DNA of 64,000 nucleotides from the human T2T-CHM13v2.0 reference genome, Homo sapiens, in NCBI RefSeq assembly GCF_009914755.1, contig NC_060940.1; one strand, 5' to 3'. The notes below the pieces were generated by a model, which saw only the letters and a list, made by a program, of their open reading frames with translations, was not told the DNA's origin and did not search any database. Each line of letters begins with the position of its first letter. Position 1 is the stretch's first letter. The position numbers and the translations under genes are program-made. Positions 30,023-41,620 of this stretch are shown piece by piece.

Positions 30023-31541
30023 GGCATAGATATGCCACAGAGGTAGTGAGCGCCCTGCGAGTGAAAGTGTGTACGTCCAGGCTGGATGAAACCAAGGTTG
30101 CCAGAAACACACCCAAAGAAGTGTAAATGAAGTGAGCTCCAAGGTTCCTTTTCAACCTGTGTTTTTCAGGATTAGGAGAGGCTCAAAGGCAAAAACAGTG
30201 AATCTTCCCAAAATGTGTGTCTGGCCCCTGGCTGGCCAGCGTCTCCCTAAGGGGCACAAGGCATCTGCAGGGGCTGTCCTGGGCACTGAGAACCCGTGCA
30301 CTGCTTGCTGCTCCCCAGAGACCCCAGCACTCTCTGTGGCCTCCACCCCAGAGACAGAAGCCTGCCTCCTCTTTCCATCTCCCCACTTCAGGGCACCTGC
30401 TTCTCCTCCCTCTCCCTCTCCCTGGGGACCCTCAGGAGCTGATGATTGTCTCTCCTCTCTCCAAGTTCAAAACTGCAGCCACAGGGGGTGAGGGACAAAG
30501 CCATATCTCTTGTTCAGGAACCAAAAATATACTCTATGTTGCTGGTGGCTCCAAGGTTCTGCAGCCTCCAGGCCAAGGAGGTCCCCCTGCCCAGTCTTCC
30601 AGCCTGAATGTGTAGTCATACCAACCCAGCTGCCCTCTCCAGCCATGCCCACCTCCCTAACTAAGCCCAGATGGTCATCACTCTGCCTTCAGGCAGGTAA
30701 AATTCAGTGCAACAGGAGTTAGGTGAACAGTATGTTTTATTTAATTAGGATCAACAGAAGAGATAAACCTCACAGCAGGATAGGGAATGACAACACTGCA
30801 AAAAATAATTCATGCCCAGGTAACGAAAGGGCAAATTTCAATTACAGAGAAAACAGGGGGAGAAAAAGTTTCCAAGCACCTCCAAGGAGCGAGGCAGTGA
30901 AGAGTTTGCAAAGCCTAGACCTTTGGGCCCAAGATGGTCTAGAAAGCAAGGCAATCAAGTGGACAAAACAGCCATTCTTCTCTCTCCTTGTCATAGACAA
31001 ACTGGCCTAAGTGTGCAGGACTGGGTAGGCCGAGGGAGCTGAGTCCTGGCAGGCAGGCATAGGGGCCACAAGGGATCTGCCAGGGCCACTGGGCAAGCTC
31101 GCAACCCACCAGGCACAGTCTCAAAAGAATGCTGTCCCCACAAGGAGACAAAACAAATATTCTAATCCTAATAATGGTCATCAGATCACTCAGCAAGTCC
31201 TTATTAGCACCCCACCTGCCCTTTCCCCCAGCCCTGATGGAACCCTAGTCTTATGCCCTGCCCTAGCCTTGGACAATCCAATCTCACCTCTTACACTAGA
31301 ACAAGGCAAAGAACATACCCCCCCGCCCCCCGCCGAGAGAATGGCCTCATCTTCTAAGCCTCTGTTTCTCATTCTTACCCTGGAAATGGGAGGCTGGCCT
31401 GGATGACCTCCTCTGGGGTAGTGGGCTGCAGATCCCTAATCCACCATCATTTGGGTGCCAACTATAAATGAAAAATTCATGGTGGTGACAGCCCGACAAC
31501 AATGTGTATGTACTTAATGCCTCTGAAAAATGGTTAAGATG

Positions 31542-31823
31542 GGCCATGCAAGGTGCCTCATGCCTGTAATCCCAGCATTTTGGGAGGTCGAGGCAGGAGG
31601 ATTCCCTGAAGCCTGGCATTCAAGACCAGCCTGGGCAGCATAGACCCATCTCTACAAATAATAAAATTAAGAAATTAGCCTGTAGTTCTAGCTACTCGGG
31701 AGACTGAGGTGAGAGGACTGCTTGAGCCCAGGAGTTCAAGGCTGCAGTGAACTACGATCACGTCACTGCACTCCAGCCTGGGGGACAGAGCAAGATCCTG
31801 TCTGTAAAAAAAGGAAAAAAAAA
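31542..31823 (+). mobile_element. AluJ-like inserted in an old L1M 3' end (~31478-31870)
   Basis: TSD aaaaatggttaagatg on both sides. Confidence 0.9.
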
Positions 31824-34800
31824 TGGTTAAGATGGTAAATTTTAAGTTACGTATATTTTATCAAAATTGCTTAAAAGCAGGAGTTGGGGGATGAAGAGAT
31901 CTAAGCCCCTCCTCAGACCAGCCAGGTGAGCATCTGCAGGACCTGGGCCCAGGAATATGCAATTTAACCAGCTTTATTGTAGGTGACGGTGATAGGCATG
32001 ACAGCTGGGGATCCACTCATCTGTATGAAGCCACCCTTTCCCCAAACAAAGGCTCCCCAGCATAATGCTTGAATTACCTCAAAAAATACTTCTTCTGCAA
32101 ATGAATATTCAAAACAGTGAGTTCTCCAACTTTCATAGCACAAGCAAATCTTTTTCTGTATGGGTTCTCCCTCCAAAACAAACCCTCGAGAAGCACAAGC
32201 ATAACCCAGGCCTCTGTCTCTCTCCCGGCCCCTGGTCCCTGCTCCAAAGGTGACATCAGCCCCAGCACCCCCATTATCTGGGAGAGGGAAATTGCTGTTA
32301 AATTAGCACATCCACAGAGCCCCATTTTATATCCCAATTCAGAAGATGACATGAACATCTGCTTTCACTTCAAGACATTAATTTTCAATTATTGGAGAAA
32401 AACAAAATTAGTCCTGACAAATTGCTGGCGAATACAGGCTCTTGTCTGGTGGTTCATAATAATAACTTCGGGGGCCCACAATTAGTGTCTCGGACGGAGT
32501 TTCCTGATGGATCCCTGTCATCTGGAGGCAGTTGGCAGCAGGGCAGCACCTCGCACCGCAGTGTATCAGGCAGGAGGATGCTCCAACAACCCGCAGCTCG
32601 AAGGTCACTGCTTCTTGGATGACCAGGTTTAGAGAACTAAGGAATTAGGGTTTCCTCTTTCTGGGGAAGGCAGGGAGGGACAGAAGATAGGGGGCAGGCA
32701 TCTAAAAAATATCCACCTGAACCATATTCAGCTTTGAATATTTTTCAAGGTTTTCTCCTCCTGTTCAGTAGCAAGATTTTGCACACTTAGACGGGAATGC
32801 AAATCACTCCTGAGTCCTTAGTGGGCACACTGGGATCACCTGATAGGATCGCCTTATGATTGGAGTTTGCCATCTGCAAAGGGAGAAGGACAGATGACAT
32901 GATTTTCTTATGAGACCCCTTCTACCCTTCTACATGACGTCATTCAGGATCCCAAATCCAGAACTCAATGGCTCCAGCCTCTGAGATACAAATGCCTATA
33001 AATCTTCTGTAAGAAAAAACTGTTTGCCAGGGTCCCATCGACCCAGAACCTGGTTCAGCCCAGGTTGTAGTCTCCACAAAAAAAAGAAAGAAAGAAAACT
33101 CTGAATTTGCCAACCTCAATGACCCCAAATCCAGAGAACAACCCACTTGATAAGAGATTATCAACACTGCAATCTCATTTGATGGGTTTTTATGTATCTT
33201 GGCTGCTTTAGTCACTATATCAATAAGAAGCCACTGAAATGTGAATGAGTTGAAGAATTCGGAGATAATGATGTGGTTGCCTTTGAATTTGACTTGTCAC
33301 AATTGAAACCAGAGTGTGTTTGCCTAGCTAGGATGTTCAGACTCTTGAGGGGGGTGAGGCAAGAGGGAGGGGAGGTAAACAGAGGGAGGCAGGTTAAAAA
33401 AGAAAGAAAACGAAACAACAACCACAACAACAAAGGGAAATTATATCTTTAAAAAGAGAATGAAAGACATTGTTACCTCCAAAGTCAACTTGGTAACTGA
33501 GCTCCGACATTGTGTAATTGACTTTGCAAGTAGAACAACAGCAACGTAACAAAGAAAATGTCAGTGTTTTCACAGCACCAATCTATAACGCTGGGAGGCC
33601 GTCCCGCTGTCAGCGAGGGCTGACAATACAATAGCTTTCAAAGGGATATTACCATCATGCTTTTATTCCTGACATCAATCAAGACAAAGAGAATCCTTTT
33701 CACAAGACATTAAAAATCAAACCTTTGTGCAAGAAGATAGGTAAAACAGCATTCTCCTTAAAGACAGCCACATGGAGCAATCAGCTAATTGGCGCTCCTT
33801 GAAAGCGGTAAAGTATTTTTATTTACTGAGTGTACAACCCCAATCGTTGGCTGCCACCGATCCTGGCAGGTAAGCTATGAATCAAAAGTTTCCATCAGCA
33901 TTTCCTCACTCACTTCACCCTGCCTCTCCCACAGTAGGCTGAGGGAGCTGACAGCCAGCCCCAAAAACTTCAAGCGGGATGTAACCAATCCAGGTTCAAT
34001 TCATCCATTTTGGGTGGGAAACTTCTCTGATTACCCGCTAACATGTCCATGCACAAGATGCCCTTGCAAGCTGACGGGAATTTGCAGAAATTGTCAAATT
34101 CTCCAACCACAGTGTATCGGGGTTTTCCTGGCTACCCAAATAATGGGGACCCCACTAACAGTTTTCAAGGTATTCTACTGTAATCAACCTAGACTCACAG
34201 ATACGAAGGAACCCTGATATCTTCTGCAAATGTTTTCAAGACATGAAGATAATACCCTTTGCAAACACCAGCGTGCCGTGGACAAGGCTGGGCTTTGCTT
34301 CAGCCAGTGGCCAGGAAAGCCAAGTCCATCCTAACCTATGTCAAAGAGTGAACTAAACGCACCCACCACCTTGGCAAAAACGATGGGGCCATCAGGAAAT
34401 CCAGCCATCCTCTGCCTGCTTACTTTCGAGACAGTTTCAGATGCCTGCATGTCAGAAGTTGTTGACACTTACAGAAAACTGCAAGTCCAGAAGCAGGAAG
34501 TTAGAGAGCCTCATGTTTCAAAGAGGTCATTTCCCAGACACTTTCCAAGCCACTGACATCTCACAGCCTTCCAACCTTCCAAGATGCCATGTCCCCACAT
34601 CCAGTCCAGGCTTGACAGAGCCACTGGTCTAGGTGGTCACAAGTCTCAGACCATTGTTGAGGAGGAGTGGGAGCAAGAACTATCTCTGCAGGAGGGCTGT
34701 CGGGAACTCAGAGCCGAAAGGCTCTGTGACTTGCCCCTTTGGTACCCTACAGACCACCTGCCACAAAGTCCAGTCACTCAAAGACAGGGAAAGCACTCTC

Positions 34801-37800
34801 AGCATCTGCGGCAGAAAAGGATGTTTTTACTTTTCAGCTATAATGGGATACCGTTGTTTTATTTTTAAACAGAATTTGAACAGGTGCCGTTCACTTCACT
34901 ACAGAATGGACAGAAATTTTGAAAGAAGAGGGAACTGGTCCTAACACTGCCTTGAAAAAGCATATACTCCCACCACCACCACCTAAATCAGCCTTTTTCA
35001 AAGAGCCGGGGAGCATGTCTGCACCATCAGCCTCAGTGGTAGGTTCCTTTCGTTTACACATCCAAATGAACAGTTAAGAGAAATCAATGCATCTAATTGC
35101 CAGACTATTAAATCCTACATCAGGGGAAGAATTCCACAGCCACTAGCTTAAGAGTTGGCTACCGATATAGCAATTATTGCAACTTTCTATTAGATTGAAC
35201 CAGATCCCCAGCCTTTCGTCTCCAGCTAGGAACGCTGTACTCAAGTGCTCCAGTTTCCTGCCTTCCTGGTTCCCCCTCCTCCTTCTCCTCTGTTAACACA
35301 CTGTAGCATGCCACAACATTGCCAGGGCTGGCTGCTTCTTCTGAATTACTTTATGACTGTAAAGTCACCCGCATTTTGCACCTTTCATTATGAATGCACG
35401 CTAGGCACCTCATGGTTAACCGTTTAGCAGGATTCCCCTGCCAGAGGCACATAGTTATCTTATTTTATTGCTTATTAAGTTTTTGCAAGGAAACAGGTGT
35501 AAGAATCTAAACAGCAATTACTAGACGTAAAGGATGTTTTCTAGAATGAAACAGGCCCTACCAAAGCTGGGAATCGATAACTTAATTGAGGAGGGGGGAT
35601 TAAACATTAGGATTAAATGTTAGCTACCCCACTCCACATAGAAAGCTAAAGACCCTATAAAGGATTTGTTTTGCCCTTCCTACAAGATCATGTACATTTA
35701 GCCAAACAAATCTCGACAATTTATACTTGTATGTGGTCTCAGCTGAATCGAGAAACCTGTAACCTCAGAACGCCTCTATTTATTACATCTCAATTATTTC
35801 CATGGAAACACGCGCAGTGTTCCCAAGTCCCTAGACCACCAAATTTATAAGATGGACTTAGAGGAGCTACACGCTGGCAGAAGAGGAAGACAAAGAAGGG
35901 GAAGGGAGTGCCGAGAGGTCACTGGGGGTACTTTGGGACGTTGGGGTGGGCGGGTGTATGGACATAGCCTGAGCGCTAATTAATATTAAGAACTGTAATT
36001 AACAGGCAGTTGCTAGAGAGAGAAAATTGACAGTATTAAAATTATTCAAAAGTTTTAAGCTAAGGCAAGGGAAAAGATGTATCAATTTTCTCTATAAATG
36101 AAGAGGCTGTTGCATGGATCTGAGAAAGCCATGGGGTGAAAGGGGACAGGCCTCCCTAATGTTGAGTGACAGAGAGAACTGCAGTGGTAATCGTTAACCA
36201 AACCACCTGATATCATCGGCCGAAATAACATCAGTGAGCATGATGAGAACAGCCCGGGAAAATGAGGCCAAAATTATCAAAGAGAACAAATCACTGCAAC
36301 CACCACACCATACCACACCACCAGGAAACAAAAAAGGGGAGAAAGGTGTAGGGAGGGAAAATCGGTCAGAAAAATGTGACTTTTATAACACTCCCGGCTT
36401 TAGGGTTGTTTTTTTTTAAATAAAATTACAAGGCTTCTGAAAACCAATGAGGCTATTCTCCCCCCTCCCCTAGTGCCCCAACCCCCTTCCCTATTTACTA
36501 GGTGTCCTCCCTGTGAGCTGGGTTTTCCAAAGAAGGACAAACACACTGCGGGGACAAGGGACCCCACTCCAGAAGGGAGGTTGTGTCCGTGAGTGGGAAG
36601 TGAGACCACCCCAGCCCCCAGAGGCCAGTTTTATTTTCAAAGCAGCAATGCCTGTGCTTTCAAATCACACTTTCTGAGCATCCATTCGAAATTGTTGTAT
36701 TTCTGTCTTTCCTTCCTGCTATGGACTTTCACATTTCCGAGATCAACTACAAATTACAGTCAAGCGACTTTCACAGCAGAATGCTCGGGGCCGGGGAAGT
36801 CCACAAAGCCTCTACATTAGCCCTGACACACAGCAGTGGAGGCAAAATAAAATAAAATAAAATGTAAAAGACACCGCTGTTCCTTAAGAAGCACTTTCAA
36901 GCATCTTTAAAGGTGAAGACCTTGTCGTTTCAAACACTTGGTGTGGAGCTGTCCACACTCAAGCACACACTTTTGAATATTGCTTAAGAGAAGGGGCGGG
37001 GCGGGGGGGGGAGCAGTTCTTGAAAAGCAATAAATCCCTCACCTGCTGGAACTCTTATCTATCCAAATTATCTTCTCTCTTAATTCCTCCCTTGATAAGT
37101 GGCCACATCTCCACCCTCTTCACCCCAGTAAACAGAATAAAAGGTAAAATGGTGAGAGACAAGGGTTGTAGCTGCTTTTGGAAAATGCAAAAAGCCATGG
37201 GAAGAATCAGGGGGTCTCTGACTCTGCGGACAGAAAGGCTCTGTGTGGCTGATATTTACAACACCGAGTCTCGAAATGCCTCCACTGGTCTCCTGTTCAC
37301 CTTGCTGCCTTTCTCCTACCAACCTGCTTGAACTGTCTGCTACACATACACACATACACATTTGAGAGAGGCACTCACTAAAAATCATTTCAAGGCTCAT
37401 TTCATGAAAGGCTGAAGACCAATTCTTGAGTCCTTCTCAGAGATCCACAGAGTGGTTTTAGAACTCGGTTCAAGCAACTTTGAAACACCCACCCATCTGT
37501 TCACTGCAAACTGCTCTCCTTTTGCTTTCTGGGTCTCGCCGTCTAACGTAAGGAGGTTTGGAGAAGTGGATTGGAAGTCTAGGTAAGCAAGCTTTGCAAA
37601 CTCAAAATCAACTGCCTGAGTTAAATAAAACTGTTTTTCCAACCAGAAATTCCAATTCCACATTTTCTTCTGGGTCGCCTCTTAAGTGGCTCCTGAAGGA
37701 GTGAGCAGTGAGCCAGGGAAAGAGAAAAGAAATCCAGTATTATTTCAAGCCGTACAGCCCTTCCATCAGCAAAAGAGAAACATCCACCCTTCTTTCCCGT

Positions 37801-38612
37801 CCTCTTCTTGGAGTCTCTCTTCTGGTTTCCCTGTCCCCCAATCAGAACACCCTCTGAACCCCCAGTTCTGTGGAGCAGGCCAGGCTGTCCCGGATTGGGA
37901 GACCAGCCAGGGTGAGGCGAACAAGACCAACTTCTCTCAGGGAAAAGGAGGAGTAGGAACGGGCCGGGCGCTCCGTTTGGACTCAGTTGGTCTCCTTCTA
38001 ATATGACGGGGAGGATCTCTGCTGGGCCGGGGGCAGTCCCTCCGGGGACTTCAGGAGGACAGAACTGACGAGTGTCTCAAGATCCTCCTTGCCAGATTCA
38101 GTTCCAGCCATTCCAGCCAGGCGCAAGGCTGGCAGGAAGGGAGCGGGGCCCCAGCGCCTTCCCGCGCAGGCCTCCAGGAAATGAACTTTTCAGAGCAGAA
38201 CTGGGCTCAGGCCAGAGGTCATCAGGGGAGATGGGAGAAGACAAGGGCCTGGGGGCTTTTGGCTCCGTAGACTTAGCCGCTCTCATCGTTCCCCCCTTCC
38301 TCGATCATCTCCCATCTCACAGCCGAGCGCCCGGGCACCCAACCGAGGGGCTAGAATCGGGACAAAGCAGCAGGCAAGGCCTGGAAAGGCCAGCCGCGGG
38401 GAGAGGAGGCCAGGGGAGGGGCTCTGCTGCCGGCGCGCGGCCTTTCCCCGGGGCCTCTACTCTCCAGGGGTCCCCTCGAGCTGGGGGCCCTCGCTGGAAA
38501 TAGAAAGCAAAGCGTGGAGACGAAGGGATGGGTGTGTGTATCTATATATCTGCAGCTCCCCACAAACGCGCGCACCCCGGGGAGCCAGCACAGAAAGCCG
38601 GCCTGGGTGTCG

Positions 38613-38666
38613 AGGGTGCCGGTGCCCGGGGTCAGATCCAGGGTGCCGGTGCCCGGGGTCAGATCC
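38613..38666 (+). repeat. Perfect 27-bp tandem duplication
   Basis: agggtgccggtgcccggggtcagatcc x2. Confidence 0.95.
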
Positions 38667-39213
38667 GGGGCGCCCTCCGCGGAGGGGCGCGCACCGCGGC
38701 CGCTGAGCTCCCCTGAGGACCCGCGTCCCGCCGGCGCCGTGCAGACAATGAACTCCTGGCGGAGGCTCCCTGCCCGGTGGGCCTCGGTGGAGGAGGCAGG
38801 AAGTGCAGGGGCCCGGGCCGGGAGAAGGCCTGGGCAGGGGCGGGAGGGGGCGCCTGGCGGCCGGGGCGAGGGCGCGGCGCCCGGGGCGCTCGCCGACAGC
38901 GCCTGCCGCTCCCCGCGTCCTCGGGCGACCAGGCAGGGGCCAGAGAGAGCCAGCGAGGCCCGGGGCCAGCGAGGAGCGGTCGGCCTGCCGGGCGCCCGTC
39001 CTCGCCGCCTCTTCCTTCCTCCTGTCGCCCGCCCGCCGCCGCCGAGATTCGCAATCCCCGCCAAGTCGGGCCAGCACCCCTTGATTGGCCACACGGGCCC
39101 GGGCCCCGCACGGAGGGAGCGGCAAGGGCCCTTTAGCGGCGCCCCCAGGCCTGGGTCCCCCAAGGGCGACGGCGCCGGGTCCGGGCAGGGAGGGTGTCCG
39201 CGGCGTACCCCCT

Positions 39214-39243
<30 letters not shown>
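39214..39243 (+). repeat. (CCG)10 trinucleotide repeat, followed by (CCTCCG)n low complexity to ~39330
   Basis: Direct reading. Confidence 0.95.
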
Positions 39244-39245
<2 letters not shown>

Positions 39246-39442
39246 TCCGCCTCCTGCTCCCGGCTTCCTCCTCCCCCTCCTCCGCCTCCGCCTCCGCCTC
39301 CGCCTCCTCTGCCGCCTCCTCCTCCTCCTCTCGGCTCGCTCGCGCGGGTCCCCGGCAGCCAGCCCGCTCGCCGGTCCCTCCTCCCTCGCTCCCTCCCTCC
39401 TCGCTCGCTCGCTCGCGCCTCCGCCGGGCCTCGCTCGCTCAC

Positions 39443-39482
39443 CTTTCACCGAGCGCGGCTTCGCCTGCTTCCGCCTGGACAT
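39443..39482 (-). CDS. ZNF423: ZNF423 first coding exon (coding part), MSRRKQAKPRSVK + first base of Val; NuRD-interacting N-terminal motif
   Basis: Minus strand reads gacATG TCC AGG CGG AAG CAG GCG AAG CCG CGC TCG GTG AAA G|gtgagc, with a canonical donor, phase 1, G at -3, inside a CpG island. The peptide matches the recalled ZNF423/Zfp423 N-terminus (paralog ZNF521 is MSRRKQAKPRSLK). Confidence 0.95.
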
Positions 39483-39821
39483 GTCCGGGGCTCCGGGCGC
39501 TCCGTCGCCCTCCGCAGCCGGCTCCCCCCGCCGCCCCCCGCCGCTCCGGGCAGCCCTTCTCCCCCTTCTCCTCCGCCTGTCTCTTGGAAACTTTTTTTTT
39601 TGCAGCCCGGTTGGCGGCTGTGGGGAGCGGACCGCAGGTCCGGGGCGGCCTCCCTTGGGGGGGCAGCCCGGGCCGGCCGAGGCCGCTCGAAGGCGGGGGG
39701 AGGCCCGGGGGGCGCGCCGGGGCCCTGCCTGTTGCAATGCGGCAGTCCGGGGCTCCCGATCCAAGCGGCGGTCCCAGCGGCGCGGGGAGTCCGGAGGCCA
39801 CTCGGCCGAGCCGAGTTATGC

Positions 39822-39847
39822 AAAAAAAAAAAAAAAAAAAAAAAAAA
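39822..39847 (+). repeat. A26 tract inside the CpG island
   Basis: Direct reading; no adjacent retroelement. Confidence 0.95.
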
Positions 39848-40621
39848 GCCGCCCCCCTCCTCCTCCCAACCCCCCGCCGGCCCCCGGCCCCTGCGGCCCC
39901 CTCCTTCCCTCCCCCACCCTACCGCCACCCTCACCCTCCTCCTCCTTCTCCTCCTCCTCCGCCCCTTGCCGGATTTTTGTGCAAAGTTTGCAGGCGTCCG
40001 GCCACGCAGCCCGGTGCGGAGCTCACAATGAACCCATCTGAGGAGGGGGAACGGGGCTGGAGTCGAGGGTATCTCAAGGGGGGAGGAGACCGGGAGGCGG
40101 TCGGGAGCGCGGAAGCTCAGTACCCCCCAGGAAAAAAAAAAAAAAGAAGCCTTCGAATTATCCCCTGCCGCACAAAAAAAAATAATAAATATTAATGGCT
40201 CAAAAATGCCCAAGCGCCTGGTTTGGAGATTATGATGGATGGGGGGCGGGGGTCCCTCAACTCAGCCTACTTGGAGGGGAGGCTCGAAACGGCCGCAGTG
40301 GCTCGGAAGCCGCGGCTCGGGGCCCCTGGCTCACGCCCCCTTCTCTGGCTCTCGGATCGGCCCGGCGCCGGCCCCCCGGAGGAGGAAGGGGCGCGCGGGG
40401 GCGCTCAGGCGGCGGCCGGCAGGCGCGCCCGTGCCCCGGGCATCGCTCAGCCCGTGCGCCGGGCCGCCGCTGCCTGCCCTCGGGCTGCGGTGCTCAGCGC
40501 GAGGCGCGCAGCCGATCCCCAGGCCGGTGCCAAGTCGCCGGCCCCGCTAGCTGCCTCCATGGGCCAGGGGCTCGGAGAGGGGGGAGGCGGCGGCCGCGGT
40601 GGCGGAAGAGGAGGACGAGCA

Positions 40622-40642
40622 GGCGGCGGCGGCGGCGGCGGC
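40622..40642 (+). repeat. (GGC)7
   Basis: Direct reading. Confidence 0.9.
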
Positions 40643-41013
40643 CGGGCTCCCGTCCTCCTGGGCAGCGGCGGCGGCGGCTGCGCCCCGGCTCCTCCGCGCT
40701 CCAGCCGGCGCCGGCCCGCCCGCCAGCCTCCCTCGCGCTCCTGTCTTCTTTGTGGTCGCTGGCTCTCCTCCTCCCGATCCGGCTGCTGGGGCTGCACTGC
40801 AGAGACACATAATAAAGCCAGGCTTGGCTGGAAATGTAGCCGGGTCCCAGCAGGAGGATGTGAGGAGCGGAGTCCCGGCGGGGGAGCGCTCTGATCCCGT
40901 GGGGCGCCCCGCACTGCTCCGGCTCGGATCAGACGGAGAGAGGGCCAACAGCACCGAGCGATGGACAGCGCTGGAAATACAGCTCCGGCCGCCCGCAAAA
41001 CCCGGACCGTGGT

Positions 41014-41034
41014 GGCGGCGGCGGCGGCGGCGGC
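41014..41034 (+). repeat. (GGC)7
   Basis: Direct reading. Confidence 0.9.
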
Positions 41035-41447
41035 AGGCACGGCGCGGGCGCGGGCACCGCACCAGCACGCGGGGCCGGGGCTCGGGCGCTGGCTGCACCG
41101 GGGGCAGGAGGAGGGAACACACTTAGGGCCCACGCGGCTGTCAAGCTCGCCAAGACGCATGAGCCTCACAAACTGTAAAAAGTGAAAGAATGGGGGAGCA
41201 AACGGAGTTGGGCTGCCCTAGTATTGCCACCTCGCGATGTATGCCTCACGCACATGAACTATCCAGGGACCTGGCTCTGCCAGGTTGGCTTTTGCCCACC
41301 GGTCGGTGTTCAAAGACCACCCCTGCCCCACATCCAACAAATTCTTCCACCACTGGGCTAACCCCGTGCGCCCCCTACACCCTTATTTGTAGAATTCTCG
41401 CGCCTGGTGTGCACTTCCTCTGTCCGACTGTAAAAGGAACACCTTAC

Positions 41448-41620
41448 CCCTGAGACCTTGCAGGAGCACCCCCTCCCCGCGCAGTTGTCAGAAGAAATAA
41501 ACCAGCTGCTACTTTCTGCGAGGTTTTACCCAGCCGCCAGGGGGCGCCGCGCGTCCCCCGCAGCTCCTGAACCGGCTGAGACTCTGGTCTCCGGGCAGGC
41601 CCGGGAAGGGTTCTGACTTG
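41448..41620 (-). other. ZNF423: Candidate ATG-less upstream first exon (would give an isoform lacking the NuRD motif); 5' end approximate
   Basis: Donor GGG|GTAAGG at 41447-41442, no minus-strand ATG in the interval, within the CpG island. NID-less ZNF423 isoforms from an upstream exon are known. Confidence 0.4.
41534..41547 (+). promoter_or_regulatory. CTCF motif
   Basis: CCGCCAGGGGGCGC, essentially the consensus core. Confidence 0.75.

Noticed and set aside
39483-39764. Open frame upstream of the ZNF423 AUG (possible 94-aa non-AUG extension)
   Set aside because: TTG start in GC-rich sequence with no supporting signal; the conserved motif is normally N-terminal.
38514-41185. Long ORFs (505, 363, 333, 318, 255 aa, etc.) on both strands of the CpG island
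   Set aside because: Overlapping in all frames, mostly non-ATG starts and low-complexity P/G/R/A. Expected from stop-codon scarcity at very high GC.
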